Positions 12,440-22,135 of a stretch of DNA of 64,000 nucleotides are shown here, piece by piece. The position numbers and the translations under genes were made by a program. The notes below the pieces were generated by a model, which did no database searches, had not been told where the DNA came from, and worked only from the letters and a program-made list of their open reading frames with translations. How positions within the stretch are numbered: position 1 is the stretch's first letter; every line of letters begins with the position of its first letter. This DNA is from Actinomycetota bacterium (GTDB taxonomy: Bacteria > Actinomycetota > Geothermincolia > Geothermincolales > RBG-13-55-18). The stretch spans positions 15,370-79,369 of the forward strand of contig JASEFK010000004.1 of NCBI GenBank assembly GCA_030019255.1, given 5' to 3'.

Positions 12440-12480
12440 ACAGAGTTTTCCACAGCTTTTTCAACACCTGTTGATAACCA
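12440..12480. promoter_or_regulatory. DnaA-box cluster upstream of the GHKL-wHTH/dnaA genes
   Basis: TTTTCCACA at 12446-12454 and TGTTGATAA at 12469-12477 (reverse complement TTATCAACA). Both are 8/9 matches to TTATCCACA. Confidence 0.5.
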
Positions 12481-12618
12481 GCCTATCCCCACCGCCGCGC
12501 TCGAGAGCAAGTCAGATTATAGCAAGGGTGCGAAGGGCGATTAAGGGGCATTTTTGACAGAAATGAGTCTGCCAGGCAGAGGGAGATCGTGGGGCTGGTG
12601 CTGTATTGTTTCAGTAGG

Positions 12619-14154
12619 CACGTTAGGGTTGAAAAAGATGAGAGACCACCCTATCCTCCCGGCAAAACAAGGAGAAGAGAAGCAAGAAGTGATCTCTAAT
12701 TGCACAATCTCCAATCCATGGTACTACATTTAGTCACCGAAGCGAATAGCCTGGAGGAGCTGGAGAAGAAGGTGGCCGAGGTGGTCTTCGAGCTGGGCCG
12801 AGCCCTGCTCAAGGCGGCCTACAAACACCTGGACGAAAAGCTTTCCAGGGAGAGGGAAAAGGGGCTCCGTAACCTCGGGATGAGAAAGAGGGACATCCTC
12901 ACCCGCTTCGGGGTCATCACCGTGAGGAGGAGGTACTTCAGGGACCGGGAGAGGCGCCACCGCTTCCTTTTAGACGAAGCCCTGGGCTGGGCAAAGGGGG
13001 CCTGGCCTTGAGCCCCACCCTAGAGGGCGAGGTCTTGAGGATGGCAAGCGAGACCTCCTTCCGCAAGGCATCCCGGTACCTCTCCCTCTTCCTGGCCCAG
13101 GAGGTGGACCACAACCTCTCCTCCACCGCCGGGTTCAGGAGAGGATGTCCGAGCGGACGGAGGAAAAGAGGAAAAGGGCGGGGGACCTCTTCCTCCGGGG
13201 CGCACTTCCCCCTCGCAGAAAAGAAGGCCCGGAGGTTGTTCATGGAGGCGGAAGGCTGCCTGGTCTCCACCCAGAGGAGAGGGGGCAAAAAGCACGAGCT
13301 CAAGGTGGGCATCTCCTACGAGGGCTGGTCCCCCCGGGGCGAGGGGAAGTGGAAAACCCGGGGAAGGCGGGTCTTCCTCTCCACCTCCGAGGGGGCCACC
13401 TTCCTCTCCGAATGGAGCGCCGATCTCGCCACCGTCTACGACCCTTCCGGGGTTTCCGAGATCATCTGGTCCTCCAACAGGGCCTTCTGGCTCAAGAGGG
13501 CCCCCGACCTCTTCTCCTCCACCTTCGCCCAGCTTTCCCGCTTCCACCTGAGAGGGTCCCTCGCCCGTGCCCTGGGCTTCTCAAGCGAGGCCTCCAGGCT
13601 CTTTTGCCTGGTCTGCGAGAAAAAGGCGAGGGAGGTGATCGCAGAGCTCGAAAAACACCAGGAAGAGGCCGTCGAGGAGAAAAGAAAAAAAGGATAGCGG
13701 GGGCCATCTCCTATCTCTCCTCCTTCTCCGGCTGGCTTTCCGACTGGAGGAATGTGCTCGCGGCTTCGGAGGACGACCGCTCCCCCGGGGCCATAGAGTC
13801 AAACATGGACAAGCTCGCCTCCGACCGCTTCAAGAAGCGGGGCATGAGCTGGTCCCGCAAGGGCGCGGACTCCATGTGCCAGATCGTGGAGCCCAGGGAA
13901 AACGGGGAGCTTCCCGCCTCCGTCTTGCGGAAAAGGAGGATCAAAGAGCGGACGGAGAAGAAGATCCTGGCCTCCCTCAGAAGGGAGGTGAGAAAAGATC
14001 CGGAAGCCTGGCTCCGAAAGCACATGCCGCTGCTCGAGTCAAGAAGCGGCGATCCCTGGGTGAAGGAAGTGCTCCGAGGGCTTGCTGGTTATTCAATGAT
14101 CGCTTGAGATGTTTTGTCGGGATGAGGCGCCTACTTTTTGTGGACAGTAACGTG
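12619..14154 (+). mobile_element. Decayed IS of the ISLre2/UPF0236 transposase family
   Basis: Imperfect terminal inverted repeats: cacgttagggttgaaaaag at 12619-12640, and ctttttgtggacagtaacgtg at 14133-14154. They bracket a transposase split over three frames. Length about 1.5 kb. Confidence 0.5.
12700..14107 (+). pseudogene. ISLre2/UPF0236-family transposase, frameshifted with substituted catalytic residues
   Basis: Three consecutive ORFs (12700-13011, 13008-13697, and about 13690-14107) together give about 470 aa. They are colinear with UPF0236 transposases: ...FGVITVRRRYFRD..RFLLDEALGW; FMEAEG...KVGISYEGW...YDPSGVSEIIWSSNRAFW...QLSRFHLR; ...[19 protein letters not shown]. The DDE-position residues are changed (LFIEADG to FMEAEG, NGDGA to SSNRA). 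There are at least two frameshifts. Confidence 0.6.
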
Positions 14155-14167
14155 GGGCTCGGGTTTC

Positions 14168-14196
14168 TTGACACCTGCATGGGGCGCCGATATAAT
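14168..14196 (+). promoter_or_regulatory. Sigma-70/sigma-A consensus promoter for rpmH-rnpA-yidD-yidC
   Basis: TTGACA at 14168-14173, a 17-nt spacer, and TATAAT at 14191-14196. The rpmH ATG lies 25 nt downstream behind a GGAGG SD. Confidence 0.6.
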
Positions 14197-14220
14197 CTTC
14201 CTGCTTTAGCGGAGGCAGAG

Positions 14221-14355
14221 ATGAAGAGAACCTATCAGCCGAATACCAGAAAAAGGAAAAAGAACCACGGGTTTCGAAAGAGGATGAGCACCCGTGCCGG
14301 TCGCGCTATACTCAAGAGGAGGAGGCTGAAGGGCAGGAAAAGGCTAAGCGCCTGA
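14221..14355 (+). CDS. rpmH: 50S ribosomal protein L34
   Basis: 44 aa: [44 protein letters not shown]. Confidence 0.92.
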   Translation: MKRTYQPNTRKRKKNHGFRKRMSTRAGRAILKRRRLKGRKRLSA

Positions 14356-14359
14356 ACGC

Positions 14360-14707
14360 ATGGAAACCCTTAAAAAGAGCCGCGACTTCAAGAGGGTGCT
14401 GCAAGGCGGGGACCGGGAGAAACTGGAAAATATTGTCATTTTCGCGCTGCCCAACCCGGAGGGACCGACAAGGATCGGGATATCGGTGACCAGGAGGGTG
14501 GGTGGCAGCGTCAGAAGGAACCGAATAAAGAGGAGGATAAGGGAGGCGGTCTGGAGGAACGCCTCCCTTTTACCGCGGGGTGTGGACATGGTGATCCTCG
14601 CCGGAGCAAAATGTTACGACACGGAGTTTAACCGCATTGAGAGAGATATAAAGGTCTTTATCGAAAGATGGAAGGAAAGAGAGGAGCGGAGGAAGGAAAG
14701 GCGCTGA
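14360..14707 (+). CDS. rnpA: RNase P protein component
   Basis: 115 aa, basic. It has the RnpA RNR-like motif [11 protein letters not shown]. It follows rpmH by 4 nt. Confidence 0.9.
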   Translation: METLKKSRDFKRVLQGGDREKLENIVIFALPNPEGPTRIGISVTRRVGGSVRRNRIKRRIREAVWRNASLLPRGVDMVILAGAKCYDTEFNRIERDIKVFIERWKEREERRKERR

Positions 14708-14721
14708 GTTTTCCGGCCAGG

Positions 14722-14928
14722 ATGGCCGTATGGATTATCAGGGCCTACAGGGTAATGATCTCGAGTTGGACTCCGCCGAGGTGCAGGTTCTACCCTACGT
14801 GTTCGCAGTACATGATACAGGCAGTGGAAAGGTACGGCTTCCTTAGGGGAGGCCTGATGGGAGCACGAAGGATCCTCCGCTGCCACCCGCTGTGTGAAGG
14901 CGGATATGACCCCGTCCCGGAGCGATAA
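14722..14928 (+). CDS. yidD: Membrane protein insertion efficiency factor YidD
   Basis: [30 protein letters not shown]... is the canonical YidD sequence. The ATG at 14722 is internal to the listed ORF 14668-14928. Confidence 0.85.
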   Translation: MAVWIIRAYRVMISSWTPPRCRFYPTCSQYMIQAVERYGFLRGGLMGARRILRCHPLCEGGYDPVPER

Positions 14929-14931
14929 GCC

Positions 14932-15996
14932 ATGATGAGTGTATGGTCCGAGATATGGAACGGGATAGTAGCGTTTTTTAATGTTCTGCTGCAGGCCTTT
15001 TACGGGTTCAGCGGAAATTACGGGCTGGCCATTATTATCCTCACCGTGCTCATTAAACTCGTCCTGCTCCCGCTGACTATAAAACAGACCAGGTCCATGT
15101 TGGCCATGCAGAAGATACAGCCGGAGATAAGGAAGATACAGGAAAAATACAAGGACGACAAGGAACGTCTCTCCCAGGAGATGATGAAGTTTTACCGGGA
15201 GAACAAGATCAACCCACTGGGAGGCTGCCTTCCGCTCCTCCTGCAGCTTCCCGTGTTCTTCGCGCTTTTCACGGTATTAAGGAAATACCTTCTGACGCCG
15301 CCGGCCCTACTTATCGGAAATACCTACTCCGTTTTCGGCGGCATGGACCTGCTGGGGGGAGCCGCATACTCTATGCTGCCCGCGGTCAAGCGGGCCGGCT
15401 TCTTATGGATGGGGAACCTTGCCGACACCACTCGCATCGCGGATCCTTATTTCGTACTCATCATCCTCCTCGCCGCCTCGACTTGGTATTCCCAGAAACA
15501 GGTCATGACCGACCCCCGGCAGAAGAACATGATGATCATAATGCCCATCTTCACCGCCTTCATAGGGTACAGCCTCCCGGCTGGAGTGGCCCTTTACTGG
15601 GTCACCACCAACGTCCTACAAATATTGCAGCAGTGGGGAATGGAGTTATATGACAAGAAGTTTAAGAAAGAAAAAGACGAGAAAGCGCGCCTACCACAGA
15701 GGGTGGAGAAAGCCGGCAAGGGAGAGGCGGTGAAGAAAAAGCCTGCCGCCAAAGCGGGATCACCGAAATCGGCGGACCAGGGCAAAGAAAGAAAAACCCC
15801 CTCCAAGGGACCGGCTAAGGCGGCGGTCGGGGATAAGCGGGCGAAAACCGGCCAGGGAAAGGCATCCGCTCGCGGTCCGGCCACCGCGAAATCGGGCGCC
15901 AAGAAGGCGGATGCAGGCAAGACCGGAACCTCCGGAGGGACCGGAAAAAAGCGTCCCAAGACCCCTCCCCCGGGATCGAGGGCCAAGAAGCGGTGA
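14932..15996 (+). CDS. yidC: Membrane protein insertase YidC/Oxa1 family with a long basic C-terminal tail
   Basis: 354 aa. Firmicute-type short YidC core (LLPLTIKQ...NPLGGCLPLLLQLPVFFALF). The Lys/Ala/Gly-rich tail of about 100 aa resembles the ribosome-binding tails of YidC2/Oxa1. Confidence 0.9.
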   Translation: MMSVWSEIWNGIVAFFNVLLQAFYGFSGNYGLAIIILTVLIKLVLLPLTIKQTRSMLAMQKIQPEIRKIQEKYKDDKERLSQEMMKFYRENKINPLGGCLPLLLQLPVFFALFTVLRKYLLTPPALLIGNTYSVFGGMDLLGGAAYSMLPAVKRAGFLWMGNLADTTRIADPYFVLIILLAASTWYSQKQVMTDPRQKNMMIIMPIFTAFIGYSLPAGVALYWVTTNVLQILQQWGMELYDKKFKKEKDEKARLPQRVEKAGKGEAVKKKPAAKAGSPKSADQGKERKTPSKGPAKAAVGDKRAKTGQGKASARGPATAKSGAKKADAGKTGTSGGTGKKRPKTPPPGSRAKKR

Positions 15997-16033
15997 GTGA
16001 TGGGGAGGCCTGGAGTAAAGAAGGAGCAAGGCC

Positions 16034-16498
16034 ATGGAGATGACGGACAAGAGAAATACCCCCAAGAGCATCGTGGTGGACATCGTCAATCTCATGAACC
16101 TCAGAACCAGGGTGACCTCGTGGGAGGACGAGGAAGAGGTGCATGTTGATATCTGGGGAGAGGACCTGGGGATCCTTATTGGCAAGGGAGGCGCTACCCT
16201 GCAGGCGCTCCAGGATCTGGTAACGGTGATAGCGAGAAAAAAAGGACACACCAACAGGAGAATAACCGTAGATGTGGAGCGGTACAAGGAAAGAAAGCGC
16301 CAAAGACTCAGGGATTACGCCGAGAGGATGGCGGAGAAGGCGACCAGCACGGGGAGGCCGGTGAAGCTGGAGCCCATGAGCCCAAGGGAGAGAAAGATAG
16401 TACACGACACCCTGAAGGAAATCCCTGGAGTGGAAAGCTTCAGCGAGGGCGAAGAGCCGCATAGAAGAGTGATAATCAGGCCGGTGAAGGCGGAATAG
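16034..16498 (+). CDS. jag: Jag/KhpB-like RNA-binding protein (KH and R3H domains)
   Basis: 154 aa. KH-like region ILIGKGGATLQALQDLV. C-terminal R3H motif LEPMSPRERKIVHDTLKEIPGV. Confidence 0.8.
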   Translation: MEMTDKRNTPKSIVVDIVNLMNLRTRVTSWEDEEEVHVDIWGEDLGILIGKGGATLQALQDLVTVIARKKGHTNRRITVDVERYKERKRQRLRDYAERMAEKATSTGRPVKLEPMSPRERKIVHDTLKEIPGVESFSEGEEPHRRVIIRPVKAE

Positions 16499-16537
16499 AG
16501 CTTCGAGCGCAAGAAGGCACGCTGGACGCGATGGCAT

Positions 16538-16553
16538 TGTTTCACGTGAAACA
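16538..16553. promoter_or_regulatory. parS: parS centromere site, perfect 16/16
   Basis: TGTTTCACGTGAAACA is an exact match to the Spo0J/ParB parS consensus. Confidence 0.85.
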
Positions 16554-16770
16554 GAGTTCTTGTATGGTCGGCCGAGCCGAAGGCACGCCTGTATGAGCCT
16601 ACGGATCGCCGGAGATGTCCAGTACCCCCTAAAGTATTGGGGCCGCTGATGGGGCAGGCGGTTCCTCCACCACAAAGTCGTCAACGGGCAAGAGGAAAGC
16701 TCGACCAGAACTTCAAATTAATTTGCCAAAACGGCCATCACAAGCAAATTAGGCGATAGGCAGTCAAATT

Positions 16771-16786
16771 TGTTTCACGTGAAACT
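16771..16786. promoter_or_regulatory. parS: parS centromere site, 15/16
   Basis: TGTTTCACGTGAAACt. Confidence 0.8.
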
Positions 16787-16966
16787 TGCGCAAAGGAAAG
16801 GCGAGAATTAAATAGAAGAAAAAAGTGTCACCACTCAATGCGAGAATCGAGGAGGGGTTAGGTAGAGCTTGCAGAAAGCGGGGCCTTGAGGCGGGGAAAC
16901 AACGCGGGTGGCGCGCCTTTCACGGTAAGCATTCAGACAAAGAGGTCGAAATGCGGGTCAACTGAA

Positions 16967-17686
16967 ATGGACGAGAGCGTACAGCAGGAAGACATAACCA
17001 CCAAGGAGAGAGCGGAGCGGGTTTACCAGGCCATAAGGAAGGTTGCAGGAAGGCTGGGCATCGATATATCCCAGGAAAGGCTGGATGCATCGGTCGTCTA
17101 TGTGGAGGAGTTGTTGCGCTGGAACAAGGCCTTCAACCTGGTGGGAAGGCGGCTTGACCTGGAGGGCGTGATGCTCCTGTTTCTGGATTCCCTTACTCCA
17201 TTAGCCGTGAAGGATATTTTTCCGGAGGGTGTGGAGGTGTTGGACATCGGGAGCGGCGCCGGGATGCCGGGCATACCCTTGTACATCATCGGGGGCCCCT
17301 TTTCGCTGACCATGGTCGAGTCGCAGAGAAAAAGGGTTACCTTTATAAGGCACATATGCCGCAGGCTCGGACTTTCCAGGGCCAGCGTTTATCCCGGCAG
17401 GCTCGAAGAGATGCAGAAGGAGGAAGACCTCTCGAGTGCTTTCGATGTTGGGTTGGCTAGGGCGGTTATGGATCCCCTAAAACTGCTGAAAATTGCGGGT
17501 CCCGTGATAAGCGAGGGGGGGAAACTGGTGTTGTTCGTGGGAAAGGGGGACGCGGAGCGGTTGAGAAGGGGCTTACTGGATCTGGAAAGAAAGGGCTGGA
17601 AATTGGAAGGCCTAAGGTCCACCCAGCGATATGTGGGCAGGGAAAATTATCTCGCCGTCTTAAAGAAAACCTCACAGACGGGGTGA
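16967..17686 (+). CDS. rsmG: 16S rRNA (guanine527-N7)-methyltransferase RsmG/GidB
   Basis: Conserved LLRWNKAFNLVG and GSGAGMPGIPL SAM motifs. An ATG at 16967 (MDESVQQ...) fits the family length. The TTG at 16886 used by the ORF track is the alternative. Confidence 0.85.
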   Translation: MDESVQQEDITTKERAERVYQAIRKVAGRLGIDISQERLDASVVYVEELLRWNKAFNLVGRRLDLEGVMLLFLDSLTPLAVKDIFPEGVEVLDIGSGAGMPGIPLYIIGGPFSLTMVESQRKRVTFIRHICRRLGLSRASVYPGRLEEMQKEEDLSSAFDVGLARAVMDPLKLLKIAGPVISEGGKLVLFVGKGDAERLRRGLLDLERKGWKLEGLRSTQRYVGRENYLAVLKKTSQTG

Positions 17687-17877
17687 CAGAGGCAAGGGGA
17701 ACTTATTATGAGGTGAGGAAAAGGAAAGAGGAGGGTTAAAGCGAGCCGTTTCTGACCCAAATGCGTCAGCGAAACGTAGCGCGCGTTCCAAGGAGCGCGA
17801 AAAGACGCGGGCGTACGGGTGTGCGGAAGCAAGTGGGTTCCGGAAAACAAGAGACGTTGTATTACCGAGAATAAGGG

Positions 17878-18684
17878 GTGAGGGCCATGGAAGAGGAAGA
17901 GATCGGACCGGAGCGCACAGAAATCGCTAAAGTAGTGGCAATCGCCAACCAGAAAGGCGGCGTGGGAAAGAGCACCACGGCGATAAATCTGGGCGCCTAC
18001 CTGGCCCTGGAGGGAAAGCGGGTGCTGGTTATCGACCTGGACCCCCAGAGTAACGCCACCAGCGGCCTGGGGGTGGGCCCCTGTCTTGAGGGGCAGCAAA
18101 TATATGACGTGTTGGTGAACGAGGTGCCGCTGAAGGAGGTCATAGTTCCAACTTCCACCCCGGGCCTTGACCTGGCACCTTCCTCCCTGCGCCTTGCCGG
18201 GGCGGAGGTGGAGTTGGTTTCCGTGTTCTCCAGGGAGAGCAGGCTGAGGAAGGGCATCGAGCCCGTAAAAGGGGAATACGACATTATATTGGTTGACTGC
18301 CCCCCGTCGCTCGGACTGCTCACCGTCAACGCGCTTGCTGCGGCTGATGAGGTGCTCATCCCCATACAGTGCGAATACTACGCCCTTGAGGGGCTGGTGC
18401 TGCTGCTGCGCACCATAGAGAAGATAAAGGTATATTTAAATCCGGGGCTTCGCATAGGAGGCATACTTCTGACCATGCATGACCCGAGGACCAACATATC
18501 CAGACAGGTCATGGAGGAGGTGAGGAAACAATACCCGAGGGAGACGTTTCGTACGGTGATTCCCAGGAACGTTCGTTTGAGCGAGGCACCGAGTTACGGA
18601 AAGCCCATCTCGGAATATGATCCGTTCTCTAAGGGGGCACTGGCCTATCATGAGTTGGCGAAGGAAGTGATGTCACATGGCTAA
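17878..18684 (+). CDS. parA: Chromosome partitioning ATPase ParA/Soj
   Basis: Deviant Walker [14 protein letters not shown]. 268 aa. Confidence 0.92.
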   Translation: MRAMEEEEIGPERTEIAKVVAIANQKGGVGKSTTAINLGAYLALEGKRVLVIDLDPQSNATSGLGVGPCLEGQQIYDVLVNEVPLKEVIVPTSTPGLDLAPSSLRLAGAEVELVSVFSRESRLRKGIEPVKGEYDIILVDCPPSLGLLTVNALAAADEVLIPIQCEYYALEGLVLLLRTIEKIKVYLNPGLRIGGILLTMHDPRTNISRQVMEEVRKQYPRETFRTVIPRNVRLSEAPSYGKPISEYDPFSKGALAYHELAKEVMSHG

Positions 18685-19543
18685 GAGAGGCTTGGGAAAG
18701 GGGCTCGGGGCGTTAATCTCATCGAGCACTGCCGCGGAGCAGCCGCGCTACGAGATGATACCGGTGGACAGCATCTCCCCCAGCCCGCTTCAACCGAGGA
18801 AAAAATTCAAGGAGGAAAGCCTGGAGGAGCTCGCCGCATCTCTCAAGGAGCACGGTGTGGTGCAGCCGGTTATCGTGCGCCCCTCGGGGGCGGGGTATGA
18901 GCTCCTGGTGGGGGAAAGAAGGTGGAGGGCCGCCCAACTGGCGGGATTGAAATCCATCCCTGCGGTGGTGAGGGAGGCCGAGCCTTCGGAATGTCTGCAG
19001 GTGGCGCTGGTAGAGAACCTGCACCGGGATGACCTCAACGGCATCGAGGAGGCGAGTGCCTACCGCCAGCTTATGGAGGAATTCGGCCTGACACAGGAAG
19101 AGATATCCCAAAAAGTGGGGAAATCCAGGTCGGCGGTGGCCAACGCGCTCCGCTTGCTTCAACTTCCAGTAGAGATTCAGGCTTCCGTGGTGGCGGAGGA
19201 GATCACCGTGGGCCACGCCCGGGCGCTCCTGGCGCTTCAGGGAGACCCGTATCAGGAAATCCTCCTCAAGCGGATAATCGAGGAGGGGCTCTCCGTGCGG
19301 GAGACGGAGGAATTGGTGCGCAGGAGGCTGAGCGGCGCGGGGGCTGAAAAGGAGAGAACCAGGGAAAAGCCGAAACAACTCCAGCATTACGCGGAACTCA
19401 TATCCGCCAGCCTGCAGGCGCGGGTTAAGGTGGTGCAGGGCAAGAGAAAGGGCAAAATAGTCATCGAGTTCAAGGGAGAGAAGGACCTGAAAAGGTTGCT
19501 CAAGGAGATCGGCGTCCAGGTCGAGGAGGCCACCCCCGATTAA
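18677..19543 (+). CDS. parB: Chromosome partitioning protein ParB/Spo0J
   Basis: 288 aa. ParB box [13 protein letters not shown] and an HTH. It overlaps parA by 8 nt. Confidence 0.92.
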   Translation: MAKRGLGKGLGALISSSTAAEQPRYEMIPVDSISPSPLQPRKKFKEESLEELAASLKEHGVVQPVIVRPSGAGYELLVGERRWRAAQLAGLKSIPAVVREAEPSECLQVALVENLHRDDLNGIEEASAYRQLMEEFGLTQEEISQKVGKSRSAVANALRLLQLPVEIQASVVAEEITVGHARALLALQGDPYQEILLKRIIEEGLSVRETEELVRRRLSGAGAEKERTREKPKQLQHYAELISASLQARVKVVQGKRKGKIVIEFKGEKDLKRLLKEIGVQVEEATPD

Positions 19544-20487
19544 GCGTATTTCTCCAGGGCCAGGTCGACCAAGCGCTCCACCAGGCGCGTGAAGGACATG
19601 CCTGCCGCCTCCGCGGCCAGGGGTAGCAGGCTGGAATCGGTCATCCCCGGACTGATGTTCAATTCCAGGACCATGGGCACGCCCTCCCGGTCCACGATGA
19701 TGTCCACCCGGGAGAGGTTCTGGCATTCCAGGCTGCGATGGGCCTTGAGGGCCACCTCGACGACCCTCCGGGCGGTCTCTTCGGGAAGGCGGGCTGGACA
19801 GTAGTAGTCGGTGGCCCCCAGGGTGTAGCGGGATTCGAAATCGAAGAAGCCGGCGTGGGGAACGACCTCCACCACGGGTAGGGCCTCCAGCTCGCTGTTG
19901 CCCAGGATGCTCACGGCCACCTCTGTTCCGGAAACGAACTTCTCCAGGAGGATCCTGTCGTCGTAATGGAGGGCCGAACGGACGGCCTCAGGCAGGGCGT
20001 CCTCCTCCTCCACGATCCTTACCCCCAGCGCAGATCCCTGGGCCACCGGCTTCACCACCAGCGGATATCCCAACTTCTCCCCCGCAGTGGACAGAGCGGC
20101 CACGGCACCCATTTCCTCGAAGGTAGCCTCGCTGAGCACGAAGAAGGGAGGGGTGGGGATGTCGTTGCGGATGAAGATCTCCTTGGAAAGGGCCTTGTTG
20201 AAGCCCATCGCGCTGGCGTAGACGCCCGGTCCTGTGTACGGTATGCCCAGGATCTCCAGCAGCTCCTGCACCGTACCGTCCTCGCCGAACTTGCCGTGAA
20301 GGGCTATGTAGACCAGGTCAAGTCCAGCCTTTTTGAGGTTGGGGACCAGGCTTTCATCCACGTCGAACTCCACCACCTCGTGGCCCAGCTCCTCTAGAGC
20401 CCGGGCAACCCTCCTTCCGGAACGCAGGGATATGTCCCTTTCCAGAGACCTGCCTCCCATGAGAACGCCGATACGCATCACCCTCAA
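19540..20487 (-). CDS. ddl: D-alanine--D-alanine ligase
   Basis: 315 aa. ATP-grasp fold. HGKFGEDGTVQELLE and the C-terminus are typical of Ddl. Confidence 0.9.
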   Translation of the reverse strand: MRVMRIGVLMGGRSLERDISLRSGRRVARALEELGHEVVEFDVDESLVPNLKKAGLDLVYIALHGKFGEDGTVQELLEILGIPYTGPGVYASAMGFNKALSKEIFIRNDIPTPPFFVLSEATFEEMGAVAALSTAGEKLGYPLVVKPVAQGSALGVRIVEEEDALPEAVRSALHYDDRILLEKFVSGTEVAVSILGNSELEALPVVEVVPHAGFFDFESRYTLGATDYYCPARLPEETARRVVEVALKAHRSLECQNLSRVDIIVDREGVPMVLELNISPGMTDSSLLPLAAEAAGMSFTRLVERLVDLALEKYA

Positions 20488-20491
20488 CCCC

Positions 20492-21769
20492 CTATTCCTC
20501 CGGGCGGGGGCGGCCGTCCGTCTTTCCCTCCAGGCCCAGGGCCTTGGCCAGGGCCACCTCCCGCTTGACCACCTTTGACAGGCGCCTGATGCCTTCCCAG
20601 ATCAGCTCGGGCTCGGGGTAGCTGAAGTTAAGCCGCATGCTGTTCTCCCCCCCCGCGTAAGGGAAAAAACCCCTTCCGGGGACGTAGGCCACCTTAGCGT
20701 CGACGGCCGAGGCCAGCATGTCGGACGTCTTTATGAACTCCGGAAGGGTTACCCACAGGAAGAGGCCGCCCTGGGGTCGGGTCCAGGATGCGATCCCGGA
20801 AAGGTATTCCTCCAGGGCCTCGAGCATGACGTTTCTCCGCTCCCGGTAGATCTCCACCAGCTGCCTGACCTGTCCCCTCCAGTCCTGGCGTGAGAAATAA
20901 AGGTGGGCAACCCTCTGGGTGAAGGAGGAAGTGCAGAGGTCCGCGGATTGCTTGGCCAGGAGGAGCTTCTCCAGGATGGGATGGGGAGCGGCTACCCACC
21001 CGATACGCATGCCCGCCGAGAATATCTTGGAGAGGGTTCCCAGGTAGATCACCCGGCTCTCGTCAAGGCTGCGAAGGGTGGGGGAGGGCTCGCCCTCGAA
21101 GCGCAACAACCCGTATGGGTTATCCTCCACCACCAGGCAGTCGAAGGCCTCCGCCAGCTGCAGGAGGCCGTAGCGCCGCTCGGTGCTCATGGTGACCCCC
21201 GCGGGGTTGTGGAAGTTGGGCACGGTGTAGATGAATTTAACCCTTCGTCCCTGGCCGGAGAGACCGCGGAGGGTTTCCTCGAGGCGGTCCAGGAGCATCC
21301 CTTCCTCGTCGACGGGTACGGCGTGGATGCGGGGCTGGTAGCTGAGAAAGCTGTTGAGTGCCCCCACGTAGCTCGGGGCCTCGGTGACAATGTCGTCTCC
21401 AGGGTTTATGAATATTTTGGAAATTATTTCCAAACCCTGCTGGGCGCCGTTGGTGATGATGATGTCCTCAGGGAGACAGGGGGTGCCCTCTTCGCGCATG
21501 ACCTCCACAAGGCTCCTCTTGAGCGGGGCGTATCCGTCCGACGGTCCATACTGGAGGGCGGCCGCATGGTCCTCGCGAATGACCTCCTCCACCAGGCCCA
21601 GGATCATGTCGGGGTCTATGGCCTGGGTGTAGGGTAGCCCTCCGGCCAGGGAGATGATGTCGCGACGGGCGGTGACGGCCAGGAGGTCCCGGATCTCCGA
21701 GGAGAGCATGCTGGAGGTCCGGTGAGCGTACTTGTCACCGAAGGGGTCGAGCACGAACTTCTGGGGCAT
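20492..21769 (-). CDS. PLP-dependent aminotransferase (class I/II, LysN/MocR C-terminal-domain type)
   Basis: About 425 aa from the ATG at 21769 (MPQKFVLDPFGDKYAHRT...). The fold is that of an aminotransferase. The listed 486-aa ORF starts at an upstream in-frame M. Confidence 0.75.
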   Translation of the reverse strand: MPQKFVLDPFGDKYAHRTSSMLSSEIRDLLAVTARRDIISLAGGLPYTQAIDPDMILGLVEEVIREDHAAALQYGPSDGYAPLKRSLVEVMREEGTPCLPEDIIITNGAQQGLEIISKIFINPGDDIVTEAPSYVGALNSFLSYQPRIHAVPVDEEGMLLDRLEETLRGLSGQGRRVKFIYTVPNFHNPAGVTMSTERRYGLLQLAEAFDCLVVEDNPYGLLRFEGEPSPTLRSLDESRVIYLGTLSKIFSAGMRIGWVAAPHPILEKLLLAKQSADLCTSSFTQRVAHLYFSRQDWRGQVRQLVEIYRERRNVMLEALEEYLSGIASWTRPQGGLFLWVTLPEFIKTSDMLASAVDAKVAYVPGRGFFPYAGGENSMRLNFSYPEPELIWEGIRRLSKVVKREVALAKALGLEGKTDGRPRPEE

Positions 21770-22135
21770 TGCCGCATCACCCCTCGACCGCGGACCGGCA
21801 CCGTCGTATGAGTTGTAGTATACAGCACCCCCGCCGGGGAGGTCGGGTCCCCAATCGCGATCTGCTCCCACCTGGTGCGCAGGGAAAAACCCGCCGGCTC
21901 GAAAGCCAGGCCGGGAGGGAGGTAGTGGGCGGAACCGGGAAAGGTCCTGCAATGGAAGGTCGGCGGCATGGGATGGACGCTTACACGGAAAAGCGCAGGG
22001 TCTTCAAGGGGACCGCTCGCGGAGACGATAAATATTAAGCTTGGCATGCCCGCGATGGGCCGGAATGCCGCCACGCCCGCGAGAGCAAGAAGAGCGGCCG
22101 GGGCGCTGACATCCCTTCCGGGGAACGGTAGAGCG

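Noticed and set aside
22030-22075. TTGGCAT-N5 element upstream of cheR, considered as a sigma-54 promoter
   Set aside because: The -12 element (TTGCW) is absent at the required spacing. Also not a convincing sigma-28 match.
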